Positions 18,861-28,589 of a stretch of DNA of 64,000 bases are shown here, piece by piece (positions within the stretch are counted from its first letter, which is position 1; every line of letters starts with the position of its first letter). A program made the position numbers and the translations under genes. The notes under the pieces were generated by a model, which worked only from the letters and a program-made list of their open reading frames with translations, did no database searches and had not been told where the DNA came from. Origin of the DNA: Escherichia phage PNJ1809-36; the sequence record MT944117.1. The stretch is one strand, 5' to 3'.

Positions 18861-19688
18861 TTACAGAATGTGTTGTTTTGTGTAACGATCCAAGAATTCA
18901 AAGTTTTCAGCATACTTTGAAATTCGGTTGTAACCTTCTCCCAAGCATCCAAAGAAAAGTTGCTCTACATAGTAATGTGGCAATTGGCTAAGAATGATTT
19001 TGAAGTCTTCATGATTTTGGCCCATAAGATACTTAATAGGACGAACAAGACACTGTGCATCACGTTCTTCATTAATCATTTTAACAAACGCTTCTGGTGT
19101 ATTAATGTAGTTAAAATTCAGTTTAGCTTCGGTATCTGCTTGATTACCTTCGTATTTTGCAAAATACAAGAAGTAAACATCATTTTTAACTTGATTTTCA
19201 TCAAGGATCTCAATCAGTTTGTCTTCATGCGTTCCAGTGATATTTACATCATCAATGAATACAAGCTTCTTATCACCCCAGAATTCTTTGTTACAGTAGA
19301 ATGTATCCCCATCAATAAGTTTCTTACGACTAGCTTTATCCAAGAAACCATAATCGTTGATATAGCTAACTTTACGATGAATAATGTCCAGTTCTGCTGA
19401 ACGACCTTGATCATATTGTGCTTGCAACATATTAAAGTAATTAATAAAATGATCTGTCATCATTGTTGCAGCATTATGCACATGGTTGTAAGGAGAAGGA
19501 ATGATAACAAATTGTTCCCCAATATGTTTCATTGCCACTTGAGCAAAAAACTGAAGTGCCAATTCTTTACCCATACGACGCGCGGCTTGGTTACTACCAA
19601 ATTTCAATTTTGAATAATCTTGGATATCAAAAGTAGCAGTTTCCAGGTCATCAAATTTATTTGCAAAAATTTGAGTTTGATTACGCAT
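18861..19688 (-). CDS. phosphoribosyltransferase (PRTase) domain protein
   Basis: 275 aa; type I PRTase PRPP-binding motif KLVFIDDVNITGTHED. Confidence 0.6.
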   Translation of the reverse strand: MRNQTQIFANKFDDLETATFDIQDYSKLKFGSNQAARRMGKELALQFFAQVAMKHIGEQFVIIPSPYNHVHNAATMMTDHFINYFNMLQAQYDQGRSAELDIIHRKVSYINDYGFLDKASRKKLIDGDTFYCNKEFWGDKKLVFIDDVNITGTHEDKLIEILDENQVKNDVYFLYFAKYEGNQADTEAKLNFNYINTPEAFVKMINEERDAQCLVRPIKYLMGQNHEDFKIILSQLPHYYVEQLFFGCLGEGYNRISKYAENFEFLDRYTKQHIL

Positions 19689-20337
19689 TTACAATTTCTC
19701 CTCTTTTAAGTTTCTCTAGTAAGTCGTTAGGGTTCTTAATATGACAGAAGTTAAATCCTAAGTCAACACATTTTCCATCATATTCTTCACTATCGCCTAC
19801 GTGCAATACTTCGTGCCCTAACAGAGGGATCGGAGAATACGTGAGCGTGCGAGCAAAGAATCGCGGATCTGGTTTACAAAGTAAAGCTTCATCCGAGAAA
19901 TGGGTGAACTCAAAACAATTCCAACTATCAAACTTACAAGCACGACGCAGGATATCCCCTGATATAAAGTTGGTATTGCTCTTAATACTCAAATCATAAC
20001 GTCCCGAAAGATACAGCAAGTACATCGGCAGATCCACGGCTACGTGTGGTGGAAACTTAAGGAACCACTGTTCACACTCGAAACGAAGCTTTGCAGACTT
20101 CCAAGGTGTTATCCCAAGTTCAGAACCAAGTCTTTCCCAGGCGTATGCTGCACACTCGGCTTTGCCTTGAAGTGCTGCATTATCCAGTTCCTTTTTGATC
20201 TTTTTATAAGCTGCTCTTGCTTCAACTTCCGTAATATCTCCATATTTTGCGATAGTCCAGGCTCGCATGTCTGCGTAATTGGAGTTTGCTGTGATCAGTG
20301 TGTTCCATACATCAAAAGAGATATGTTTAATAGTCAT
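19681..20337 (-). CDS. HAD-superfamily hydrolase (variant motif I)
   Basis: 218 aa; ISFDVWNTLI (second Asp replaced by Trp), KPDP, VLHVGDSEEYD. Confidence 0.55.
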   Translation of the reverse strand: MTIKHISFDVWNTLITANSNYADMRAWTIAKYGDITEVEARAAYKKIKKELDNAALQGKAECAAYAWERLGSELGITPWKSAKLRFECEQWFLKFPPHVAVDLPMYLLYLSGRYDLSIKSNTNFISGDILRRACKFDSWNCFEFTHFSDEALLCKPDPRFFARTLTYSPIPLLGHEVLHVGDSEEYDGKCVDLGFNFCHIKNPNDLLEKLKRGEIVNA

Positions 20338-20338
20338 A

Positions 20339-20944
20339 TTAAGCCCACCATGCGTCTAAGTTAAGATTACTGTCCACTACCACTTGTTCTATGTGGTAGC
20401 CTTTTATCTGTATCCCACTGTTCAAGAGCATATCATACGCTTCATTGAAACGCAACTTATCTTCTGCGGAATATAAGCGAGCATTATAAAATCGGTAATC
20501 AACTTCTTCAGCATTAGAAGAAATACGGAAGAAGTTTGTTTCTACTTCGGGATCACTTGCTGAAGTCTTAATGTGAACTTCTCCGTAATTTTCTTTACTT
20601 AGATCCATGAAAAGAACACAGGCAACATGTTTAAACATTCGTTCCAGTTTGTAACGAACAACATTGAAGCCTGCATTCTCAAGTTTTTCTACACACTGCA
20701 ACATTAAAGTAGTGTCGAGATCGCTTTGATACTTTGTTAACATACGATCACGTTGAGACTTTGTATCCCGATGTAAATCAATTGTTGTGCATTTGGCACC
20801 AATAATCTTAGCTGCTTTCATCAACTCTTCAGAACTAACGTTAGATAAAGTAAGATGAAAATGGGCTTTCCACACTTTTTTAGCAGGGACACCAAAAGAT
20901 TTATCCCCACTATTCGGCATGTTGACTACTACACTATGTTGCAT
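20339..20944 (-). CDS. hypothetical protein (201 aa) co-operonic with HAD/PRTase
   Basis: ORF track; GAGGAG SD. Confidence 0.5.
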   Translation of the reverse strand: MQHSVVVNMPNSGDKSFGVPAKKVWKAHFHLTLSNVSSEELMKAAKIIGAKCTTIDLHRDTKSQRDRMLTKYQSDLDTTLMLQCVEKLENAGFNVVRYKLERMFKHVACVLFMDLSKENYGEVHIKTSASDPEVETNFFRISSNAEEVDYRFYNARLYSAEDKLRFNEAYDMLLNSGIQIKGYHIEQVVVDSNLNLDAWWA

Positions 20945-20959
20945 TACTTATCTCCTCAC

Positions 20960-21151
20960 TTAAAATGGAAGTCTTTGAAGTTCATCTCCTCCGATATCAA
21001 GTAATTTAGCAACATCTCGATCAGAAAGCAACTCTTTTCTTTGTAAAATATCCACAAGGGTTGCAAGAATGTCCTTAACGTCCCGATCACTGTTCTTCAA
21101 AAGTTCTCCTGCCGTCCCTACCCTATCTCCTACAGCAAAATATGTAACCAT
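20960..21151 (-). CDS. hypothetical small protein (about 63 aa)
   Basis: ORF track trimmed to ATG with TAGGAGG SD. Confidence 0.35.
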   Translation of the reverse strand: MVTYFAVGDRVGTAGELLKNSDRDVKDILATLVDILQRKELLSDRDVAKLLDIGGDELQRLPF

Positions 21152-21164
21152 AAAACCTCCTAAG

Positions 21165-21635
21165 TTAATCTGATTGCCAACCACTTGCCGTTTTGGTCCA
21201 TAATCTTTGATTATCTGACCCTCTGAAAGGTTTTGTAGTTGGATTGTTTATTTCATACTTTCCGTCTACAATAATGTCAACAAGATTTTTAATATACAAA
21301 GGCACTTCCTCAAAAGTATATCCTGTATACACCATTATATCTTTGCTTGACCCATAAACGTCTCTAACCTTTTCTATAAGGTTTTTAACATTGTAAATAT
21401 TCTGCGGATCTAATGGCTCTCCTCCTAAAATTGTTAAACCTTTTACAAACGGTCTTGACAAATCTTTTAAAACTTGCTCTACATTTTCGTGAGTAAACGG
21501 TTTCCCATAAGAATAAGACCAAGCTTTTTGGTTAAAACAGCCACGACAACCGTGGCTACAACCACTAACCCAGAGGGAGCACCTAACTCCCTCACCATTA
21601 ATAAGATCTACAGGTTCATATCCTGCAAAATTCAA
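21165..21635 (-). CDS. nrdG: anaerobic ribonucleotide reductase activating protein (radical SAM)
   Basis: 156 aa; CSHGCRGC cluster, GGEPL; TTG start overlapping nrdD stop. Confidence 0.8.
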   Translation of the reverse strand: MNFAGYEPVDLINGEGVRCSLWVSGCSHGCRGCFNQKAWSYSYGKPFTHENVEQVLKDLSRPFVKGLTILGGEPLDPQNIYNVKNLIEKVRDVYGSSKDIMVYTGYTFEEVPLYIKNLVDIIVDGKYEINNPTTKPFRGSDNQRLWTKTASGWQSD

Positions 21636-23446
21636 AGATGTTTCTCCCTTTGCAAAACTTCCTGCATTTTACCTTTGTTGTAAGGCCGTGAATTAGGGGC
21701 AGAAAGATACCCTGATACACGTCTAACTACAGAAATAGTTTCTTCTTCATGGTTGCCACAATCAGGACACTCAAACCCTTTAGCCGTTGCCTTAAATTCT
21801 CCATGAAAACCACACTTAAAGCATTGATCCACGGGCTGATTAATACCAAAATAGTGAATATGTTCATAAGCGTAGTCTACTAAAGTCTCCAAAGCTTCTA
21901 AGTTATTCTTTAAGTTTGGTGTTTCGACATAACTTATGTTACCACCATTACTAATCTGTGCAAAACCTGCTTCATAATCCCATTTTTCAAAAGGATTTGT
22001 TACCAACCACACAGGTTGATGAAAAGAGTTAGTAAGATAGTCTCTTTCTACCAAACCTGGGTATTTTTCATTTAAAGCTGTTGCAAACTTATAGCACAAA
22101 GATTCTGCTGGAGTTCCATAGAGACTAAACGCCAACTTAGATCGTTCTTTAAACACAGCACACACATCTTTCATATGTTGCAGAATGTTTTTACCAAGTT
22201 CCTTTTTATCTTTTTCTTCTGGATAAAGGATTTCCAAAGCTTCGGCAAGACCTACATAACCAATACTAATAGAAGCATAACCACCTTCAAACAAAACACC
22301 AATTTCATCATTGGCATTTAAACGCGCTAAAGCCCCTTCCATGAAAAGAATAGGGTTTTCAGATGCTTTGGTATGTCTGATACGGTTTACACGTAGCATG
22401 TGAGCATCGTAGGCTATCTCCATATGTTTATTAAGGAGATCGGTGAAAGATTCTCCTTTACTTCTCGCTTCCGCAGCGATTAGAGGTAAGTTGATAGAAA
22501 CTACCCCAAGGTTGAATCGTCCATCGTATTTTTCTCCTTGTTCGGTGGCATAGTACGACAAAAAGGAACGACAACCCATACTCGTAACAGTACCCTCTGC
22601 TGATCCCGTAACTTCTTTGTTCAAAGGAACAGAAATAAAATCTGGATAAATACGATCAGCACAACATGCCAAAGCTTGTTGCTTAAGATCGTAGTTAGGA
22701 TCACCAGGTTTCATGTTAACACCTTCTTGTAAAAAGAAAATAACTTTAGGGAATACAGGCGTTACATGATCTTTGCCTAGACCGTTACTATGCACTTTAA
22801 GATAGTTAGCTGTGATCATTCTGCCAAAAACAGAGGTATCCAGACCCATACTGATTGTAATAAAAGGAGATTGTCCATTAACACTCATTAAAGTATTAAC
22901 CTGATACAAGAGAGTTTGCATAGCATCGTATACATCTTGTTCGGTCATTTCTAGGGCTTCTTTCCTTGCATAACAACCGTAGCGACGTTTGGTTATCTCC
23001 ATGTTTTTAAGGAAACTAGCTTCAACATAAGGACTAAGACCTTTATCAATGTGCGCACACGTCTGACCTCCATACTGACTGGAGGCAACAGCTTGGATGA
23101 TTTGAGTTAGCACTGTGGTAGCTACTCCAATAGATTTTGGTTTTTCTATCTGTGCAGCACCGATCTTAAAACCATTTTCTAACATATCTTGATAATTAAC
23201 AAGACAACAGTTTGTAAGAGGAGAGAGCAGATAATCCAAGTCGTGAATATGTCCAAAACCTTCTGTATGCCATTCTGACAAGTTTTTTGGCAGTATCTGT
23301 GTCATTGCCATATGTTTGCTTAAAATCCCCGCCAAGAGATCCCTATGCGTGTTAACGAGGTGGGAAGGTTTGTTTGCATTCTCTCTAGTGTATGTTTCTG
23401 AAGTGCGATCTAAAAAAGAAAAAACATCTTGGTACAAATCTTTCAT
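21632..23446 (-). CDS. nrdD: anaerobic ribonucleoside-triphosphate reductase (class III)
   Basis: 604 aa; C-terminal Zn ribbon CFKCGF...CPDCG and glycyl-radical motif RVSGYL. Confidence 0.85.
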   Translation of the reverse strand: MKDLYQDVFSFLDRTSETYTRENANKPSHLVNTHRDLLAGILSKHMAMTQILPKNLSEWHTEGFGHIHDLDYLLSPLTNCCLVNYQDMLENGFKIGAAQIEKPKSIGVATTVLTQIIQAVASSQYGGQTCAHIDKGLSPYVEASFLKNMEITKRRYGCYARKEALEMTEQDVYDAMQTLLYQVNTLMSVNGQSPFITISMGLDTSVFGRMITANYLKVHSNGLGKDHVTPVFPKVIFFLQEGVNMKPGDPNYDLKQQALACCADRIYPDFISVPLNKEVTGSAEGTVTSMGCRSFLSYYATEQGEKYDGRFNLGVVSINLPLIAAEARSKGESFTDLLNKHMEIAYDAHMLRVNRIRHTKASENPILFMEGALARLNANDEIGVLFEGGYASISIGYVGLAEALEILYPEEKDKKELGKNILQHMKDVCAVFKERSKLAFSLYGTPAESLCYKFATALNEKYPGLVERDYLTNSFHQPVWLVTNPFEKWDYEAGFAQISNGGNISYVETPNLKNNLEALETLVDYAYEHIHYFGINQPVDQCFKCGFHGEFKATAKGFECPDCGNHEEETISVVRRVSGYLSAPNSRPYNKGKMQEVLQREKHL

Positions 23447-23512
23447 TATTAATCCTTATTTTGTGAGTAGAACTATTATTCTACCTCTTCTAACCGAAAA
23501 AAGCTTTGAGGA

Positions 23513-23541
23513 AAATCAAAAAAGGCGCAAAGTGCGCCTTT
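23513..23541 (-). terminator. intrinsic terminator downstream of 472-aa gene
   Basis: Minus-strand aaaggcgca-CUU-ugcgccuuu followed by UUUUUUGAUUUU. Confidence 0.6.
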
Positions 23542-23546
23542 AAGTT

Positions 23547-24935
23547 TTATCGTTTGGAGAGGAATTGTCTTCCCATGATCTTACCGTTCTTTACAGCGGT
23601 CCCATCGTGTCCATTATAATCCCAAGTTCCATCAATGTTACGCAAGAAGCTATCACGAACAGTGTAGGCTTTACCGTTCTCTACTTTACTTTCTTCAACA
23701 ATGATTGCCATAACAAGCTTATTTTCAATTTCGGTAGTAACCGATTCTTTAATACCCTCTGTAACTTCACGATCATATTGGATATAAACTCGCTCCTCGG
23801 TCACTTGCACGTCTACCACATTTTTAAATGTGTATGTCTGCTGTGTAGTGTAAAGGACACGAACAACACTCTTCTTACCTACTGGCGGCTTCTTACGAGG
23901 CTTACGGTAACGTGGTTTAGGGTTGTTAGTTGGAAGCCAACCAACAATATCCCGATCATATCCAACATGACCCCAAGTGAAATGCGTAGCCGATCCACTA
24001 TCCGTAGTTCCGTCACGAAAGAGAACTTCTACGTGACCACCACAAGGGCGGTGTCCACCATTATTATAGTTGTATTTTGCCGTGCGCGGGAGAATGAAGT
24101 ATTCTTTAATCGCCCACTCTTCCAGATTGTCGATATTCCAAGTGAATACTGTTCCCTTAGCAACATCTGTTTGACCATTGTTGAAGCGAACCTGCACGAA
24201 ATCTTCTGAAGGCATAACACCTGTGTTCGGCAGATATTCAAATGCAGTATCTTCCGCTACAAACTGTTCTTCCTCTTGCTCCTCAATACTTGGCACAGGC
24301 GCAGCTTCATCGTATTTCGCAGCAAACATATTTTTAAATTCTTGGGCCGTGACTTCTACAAGGCCGCGATCACCAGTAGCAGCAGAGTGTGGGCGTGGTA
24401 AATCCCCAACTTCAATATGCATTGCATCTAAACCTGCTTGACGATCAAAGAAGATAACCTTGCGGAATTGTTTATCTTTATATTGTGGTAGTTCATACAT
24501 ACTTGGGTCGATTGTCTTCAAACGTTCAGCATCTTCTGGCTTCCAGAAGCTTTTACCTGTTGCAAATCTAAAGTCTACCAGTAGTTTAACAACATCTCCT
24601 AATGATAAACTATCTGCATCTACGAAAACGTCTTCGATTCCCAATAACCCTGATTTCTTAAGAATCAGATCTAACATGTAACCTCCTGTGGTTTGTTCTG
24701 CGTCTGGATAACGATCAACACTGGTGCTGGTTACACCGTTTATTTCACCAGTGGAGGCATTGTAGGAAATATATGGGAAGGTCATATCGTTCATTGCAAA
24801 ATCACCTGAACAGGTTGGATCATCTTCTCCCTCCCAGCCATACACCTTCACAATACCTTCACACAATTTGTCATACACACCAGCGCGACGTGCTGCTTCA
24901 GCAACTTCCTGTTTACGGGCAAATTTATTAATCAT
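23547..24935 (-). CDS. hypothetical protein (about 462 aa)
   Basis: ORF track trimmed to ATG with AGGAGGA SD; basic patch PKPRYRKPRKKPPVGKK. Confidence 0.5.
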   Translation of the reverse strand: MINKFARKQEVAEAARRAGVYDKLCEGIVKVYGWEGEDDPTCSGDFAMNDMTFPYISYNASTGEINGVTSTSVDRYPDAEQTTGGYMLDLILKKSGLLGIEDVFVDADSLSLGDVVKLLVDFRFATGKSFWKPEDAERLKTIDPSMYELPQYKDKQFRKVIFFDRQAGLDAMHIEVGDLPRPHSAATGDRGLVEVTAQEFKNMFAAKYDEAAPVPSIEEQEEEQFVAEDTAFEYLPNTGVMPSEDFVQVRFNNGQTDVAKGTVFTWNIDNLEEWAIKEYFILPRTAKYNYNNGGHRPCGGHVEVLFRDGTTDSGSATHFTWGHVGYDRDIVGWLPTNNPKPRYRKPRKKPPVGKKSVVRVLYTTQQTYTFKNVVDVQVTEERVYIQYDREVTEGIKESVTTEIENKLVMAIIVEESKVENGKAYTVRDSFLRNIDGTWDYNGHDGTAVKNGKIMGRQFLSKR

Positions 24936-25485
24936 GATTCCTCCTGTTAATTGCCATAGATGCACGAGGTTCGGCTATGGCTGTTGCATAAATATATGGA
25001 TGACCTTGTGGGGACAATCTTGTTCCGAATGACCCTAATTCTAAACCATTCATGTCTTCCACGTCAAGCCCTATTTCTGTTTCTACAATTCTTGTTTGGA
25101 CTTTGTAGTAGGTCCAGAAGAAGTATCGCATTTCTTCGGCATACTCTTTCACTTCACCAAAGCTGGGATAGAACTCAATCAACTCCAGTTTCAAGAAGAT
25201 GTTGAAGTGAGAATCATCCAACACTTCCTCTGTGCGGTAACATGGTGTCAGGGCCATGTAGGGATGACCAGCGATAAACTCGTAGCCATCCTTTTCCATT
25301 TGCAAGAATGATTGCTCGGCACTGGCAACATAAAACTTCCCATTAGGATGCCCCAAAGGAGCATCTTCTTTGCCAGGTGGCAGTGTGAATGCCAAAATAT
25401 CTGCATCCACTAAATAAGGAACATCTAACATTTCAGCAAAGCGTCCATAACTCTGGATGGCTTCGGCAATCACACCTGTGTTCAT
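24928..25485 (-). CDS. hypothetical protein (185 aa)
   Basis: ORF track; AGGAGGAAGG SD. Confidence 0.5.
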   Translation of the reverse strand: MNTGVIAEAIQSYGRFAEMLDVPYLVDADILAFTLPPGKEDAPLGHPNGKFYVASAEQSFLQMEKDGYEFIAGHPYMALTPCYRTEEVLDDSHFNIFLKLELIEFYPSFGEVKEYAEEMRYFFWTYYKVQTRIVETEIGLDVEDMNGLELGSFGTRLSPQGHPYIYATAIAEPRASMAINRRNHD

Positions 25486-25733
25486 GACCTTCCTCCTGTG
25501 CGAAACGCACGTTTAGTAATGTTTGACATAATGATCAAATCTTGTAAAGTCATATCTGGGAACTGTTGTTCTAAAACTCCCTCGACAGCACCTATAATAT
25601 CTGACAATTCAACAAGTTGCATTATTTTGCAATCCTGCTCAACAGCATCAAAAAGTTCTTCTACTTCCTCTTTAATCTTTTCTATGCTGCCATAAGGTTG
25701 TTTCTTAATGTCTGTTATGTGATACCCCGCCAT
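25482..25733 (-). CDS. hypothetical protein (83 aa)
   Basis: ORF track; ATG directly after helicase stop. Confidence 0.45.
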   Translation of the reverse strand: MAGYHITDIKKQPYGSIEKIKEEVEELFDAVEQDCKIMQLVELSDIIGAVEGVLEQQFPDMTLQDLIIMSNITKRAFRTGGRS

Positions 25734-27326
25734 TTAACGATCCTCTCTGATTTGATTAATCTTACGAGCAAGGGCAGCTATAAGCTTATCTTCTTCGGAT
25801 ACAGGAGCCGTGCTCTTACCTAAACGATGCATGTCTAAAATCTCTTGAACAGTCCGGTTCCATTGCAGACATTTAATACAACGTGTATGTGCAACATACA
25901 GAAGATTTCGTTCTGATTCTTCAAGACCTACCCACTCACCCTTCTTATCATAATTGGAAGGGAAGTCATTTGCAACAATAACCTGATCCCATTCCAAACC
26001 TTTTGATTTGTGGGCTGTAGTTAAAGTAACTTTAGCCGTTGGAGAGTTACGGTGCATACGTAAAGTATATGCAATATTATTAGCTTTACCAGAAACAACA
26101 ATGTTTAAAAGTCGTTTTGCATCAGGATCTGATTCTGCACACTCTACAAATTCTTCCCAAGAAGTGTAAGGGAGAACTGTCTCATGCTTAACTTTGTCCA
26201 AATCACCTCTACGTAAAGCATTAACACTATCAACCATAGAAATGAAATCTTTGGTATCTACGTTAATAATAATCTCTTCTCCGTTAGCGATTCGGTCCAT
26301 AGCTTCGAGCAACAGAGTCAAATTCTTACGGAAAATAATGGTGTAAGGTTTACTATAATCTACCACATCAGAATGAAAACTTCCAGTGACAGTATCATAA
26401 CCTTTGCCTACCAGCGGATGCTTCAGAGGTGAACGATCAGAAAGGATCGCATTAGCAATTTCCGCAACTTTAGGACCAAAGCGAAAACAAGCTGTCAGAG
26501 GCAACTCAACCCCATATGTAGCCGTTTGCTTCATCATGTTCTGGCTTCCACGGAACTGATAAATACTCTGAAATTCATCACCCACAACAACAATACGTTT
26601 AGCCGATTTAGCATTGCGAAGGATAGACAGGAATGCAGGGTTAACATCCTGGAATTCATCTCCGAAAATAATATCATATCCTAAGTCTTCTTTGCTCAAT
26701 TCAAATAGTTTCACATAGGTGTCATGAGTCATAATTGTTTCTGATTTAGGATCAATACGCTCACGCCAAAGTTGCTTCGCATATTTAACAACTTCGTTAA
26801 TAAGTTTTTGTTCGTTGATGTTTTTACGTTTTAGGTCTGACATGTGCACTTTAGGAAAATGTTTATGTCCAATATGTTCATCGTCAGAAAACTCATATTT
26901 AGCTAAAGTTTGTTTGACCATTAACCCGATCATTGCACGAGTCAGTAGCACTTTACCTTTCTTATCGATCAAGTTCTGAATCTTGAATTTCTTGGCAATC
27001 TCACTACCAGTTCCAGCTACGTTAACATATTGACCTTCTGGACGAGATAATTTGTGTCGAAGGTTTTGTGGAAGACGCTGGTAACAGATAGAATGTAGCG
27101 TTCGGCACATAACATTAGGCGGCATTTTACGTCGAGCTTCCTCTGCCATACTTTTGTTAAATGCCAAGTATAGAATACTATCATTTGTGCCATTAGCCAA
27201 CATATACAGTGTTGACGTTTTACCTGATCCAGATTTAGCTTGAATTGTAACGAAACGATTTTCTTTATACCCGCTTTCAATAGCGTATTGTTCCTCGGTA
27301 GGTGTAAAACTCAATTGTGTAGACAC
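25734..27326 (-). CDS. UvrD/Rep-like superfamily 1 DNA helicase
   Basis: 530 aa; Walker A AKSGSGKTS, motif II FGDEFQDVNP, motif III VGDEFQSIYQFRGS, motif V/VI TAHKSKGLEWD; GTG start with AGGAG SD. Confidence 0.85.
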   Translation of the reverse strand: MSTQLSFTPTEEQYAIESGYKENRFVTIQAKSGSGKTSTLYMLANGTNDSILYLAFNKSMAEEARRKMPPNVMCRTLHSICYQRLPQNLRHKLSRPEGQYVNVAGTGSEIAKKFKIQNLIDKKGKVLLTRAMIGLMVKQTLAKYEFSDDEHIGHKHFPKVHMSDLKRKNINEQKLINEVVKYAKQLWRERIDPKSETIMTHDTYVKLFELSKEDLGYDIIFGDEFQDVNPAFLSILRNAKSAKRIVVVGDEFQSIYQFRGSQNMMKQTATYGVELPLTACFRFGPKVAEIANAILSDRSPLKHPLVGKGYDTVTGSFHSDVVDYSKPYTIIFRKNLTLLLEAMDRIANGEEIIINVDTKDFISMVDSVNALRRGDLDKVKHETVLPYTSWEEFVECAESDPDAKRLLNIVVSGKANNIAYTLRMHRNSPTAKVTLTTAHKSKGLEWDQVIVANDFPSNYDKKGEWVGLEESERNLLYVAHTRCIKCLQWNRTVQEILDMHRLGKSTAPVSEEDKLIAALARKINQIREDR

Positions 27327-27340
27327 GTATTTCTCCTCTC

Positions 27341-27850
27341 TTAATAAAAACTCTTGACAATCCTCATCATTTCCTTAGCTCTGCTGGCATAAGGTTCTTT
27401 TAGATTAGGTGGCAAATGTGCATTAATGTACCCCATTTGTTTTTCCCATGTCCACTTATCTTTAAATCTTGGCATGGTGTCTCCTGCTAAACTGTTTTCT
27501 TTTCGTGTTTGAATAATCCAATTGCATGGAAAATGCACACCACCTTTACGGAAGGGAATATAATGTCCCAATGTGAATGCCTTATTGTTCTTTAAACGTC
27601 CAGCTAAATTAAGATTAACAATAAGACTACGAAACACGTAGTATTGATAAAGATTGTCAACAGTATATACAGAGTAGTATGCTCTAAGTGCATTATCTCT
27701 ACTAAGATTACCAACATCCAAACTGCACCAGTTTAAATTACTTGGATCGTAGTTGTGATTATCAATCCATTCTTCTCTTTCCTCAAATTCTGCATTAACA
27801 GCAGACTGCCCTGCTGTAGATACAAAAAGAGAATTTGCATCAAAGAACAT
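27341..27850 (-). CDS. hypothetical protein (about 169 aa)
   Basis: ORF track trimmed to ATG with GGGGGAG SD. Confidence 0.5.
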   Translation of the reverse strand: MFFDANSLFVSTAGQSAVNAEFEEREEWIDNHNYDPSNLNWCSLDVGNLSRDNALRAYYSVYTVDNLYQYYVFRSLIVNLNLAGRLKNNKAFTLGHYIPFRKGGVHFPCNWIIQTRKENSLAGDTMPRFKDKWTWEKQMGYINAHLPPNLKEPYASRAKEMMRIVKSFY

Positions 27851-27869
27851 ACTCACTCCCCCCCTTTTT

Positions 27870-28223
27870 TTAGTTTACATCGTTTAGAGCATTACCAATC
27901 TTTAAGATAATAACATCATTAAGAGCTTCTTCTCCATTAAGGCCAGAGAAAGCAGGAGTAACGAAAGTTACCATATAATAATGGTCTTCTTGTAGGATTG
28001 CGATAACGCCGTCTAGTTTAACATCTCCTGTGAAACGAAAAACTTTCAACTTTTGTTCTAAAGGAAGATCTCCTTCAACATTTAAAACCATATCTCCGAC
28101 ACCAAACCTTTCTGCCCCGATGTAGATGTAAGCTTGGTCCTCTTTTTTATGATAATACAATGTTGCTTGTTTGTCTTGTAGTGTTGTGATACCAAACACA
28201 TCTACATCAATAATATTTTTCAA
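27870..28223 (-). CDS. hypothetical protein (about 117 aa)
   Basis: ORF track 27870..28280 trimmed to TTG with GGAGGAG SD overlapping upstream stop. Confidence 0.4.
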   Translation of the reverse strand: MKNIIDVDVFGITTLQDKQATLYYHKKEDQAYIYIGAERFGVGDMVLNVEGDLPLEQKLKVFRFTGDVKLDGVIAILQEDHYYMVTFVTPAFSGLNGEEALNDVIILKIGNALNDVN

Positions 28224-28588
28224 AAATTCTCCTCCCAAATCCAATAATTGTCTACATAAGTAGGATGCCTTTTGTCCCACTCTTTTCTAGCCCAAGCTAC
28301 GGCTGCTACCAATACATCTCCATGACAAAGTTGAGGTGAGCAGAAGCAAACTAAATCTTTCCCTTCTAACTCTAATAAATCTTCAAGAGGGATCTTACCA
28401 CAACGAATTTGCTCCCACAACCACTCTTTATACCTTTGTATGGTTGATCCTCGTGGTTCATCATCTTTTAACTTAAAAGGATTTGCAAACTTAGAGGCTT
28501 TTAGTCCCATATGTGGCATTGCTCTACCAATATAAACAGCACCCTCTGGGATTGTTTTGCCTAAATGGTAAAAGTTTAATACCTTCAT
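28220..28588 (-). CDS. DUF4326-like protein
   Basis: 122 aa; GAVYIGR...SKFANPF resembles the DUF4326 signature. Confidence 0.45.
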   Translation of the reverse strand: MKVLNFYHLGKTIPEGAVYIGRAMPHMGLKASKFANPFKLKDDEPRGSTIQRYKEWLWEQIRCGKIPLEDLLELEGKDLVCFCSPQLCHGDVLVAAVAWARKEWDKRHPTYVDNYWIWEENF

Positions 28589-28589
28589 A

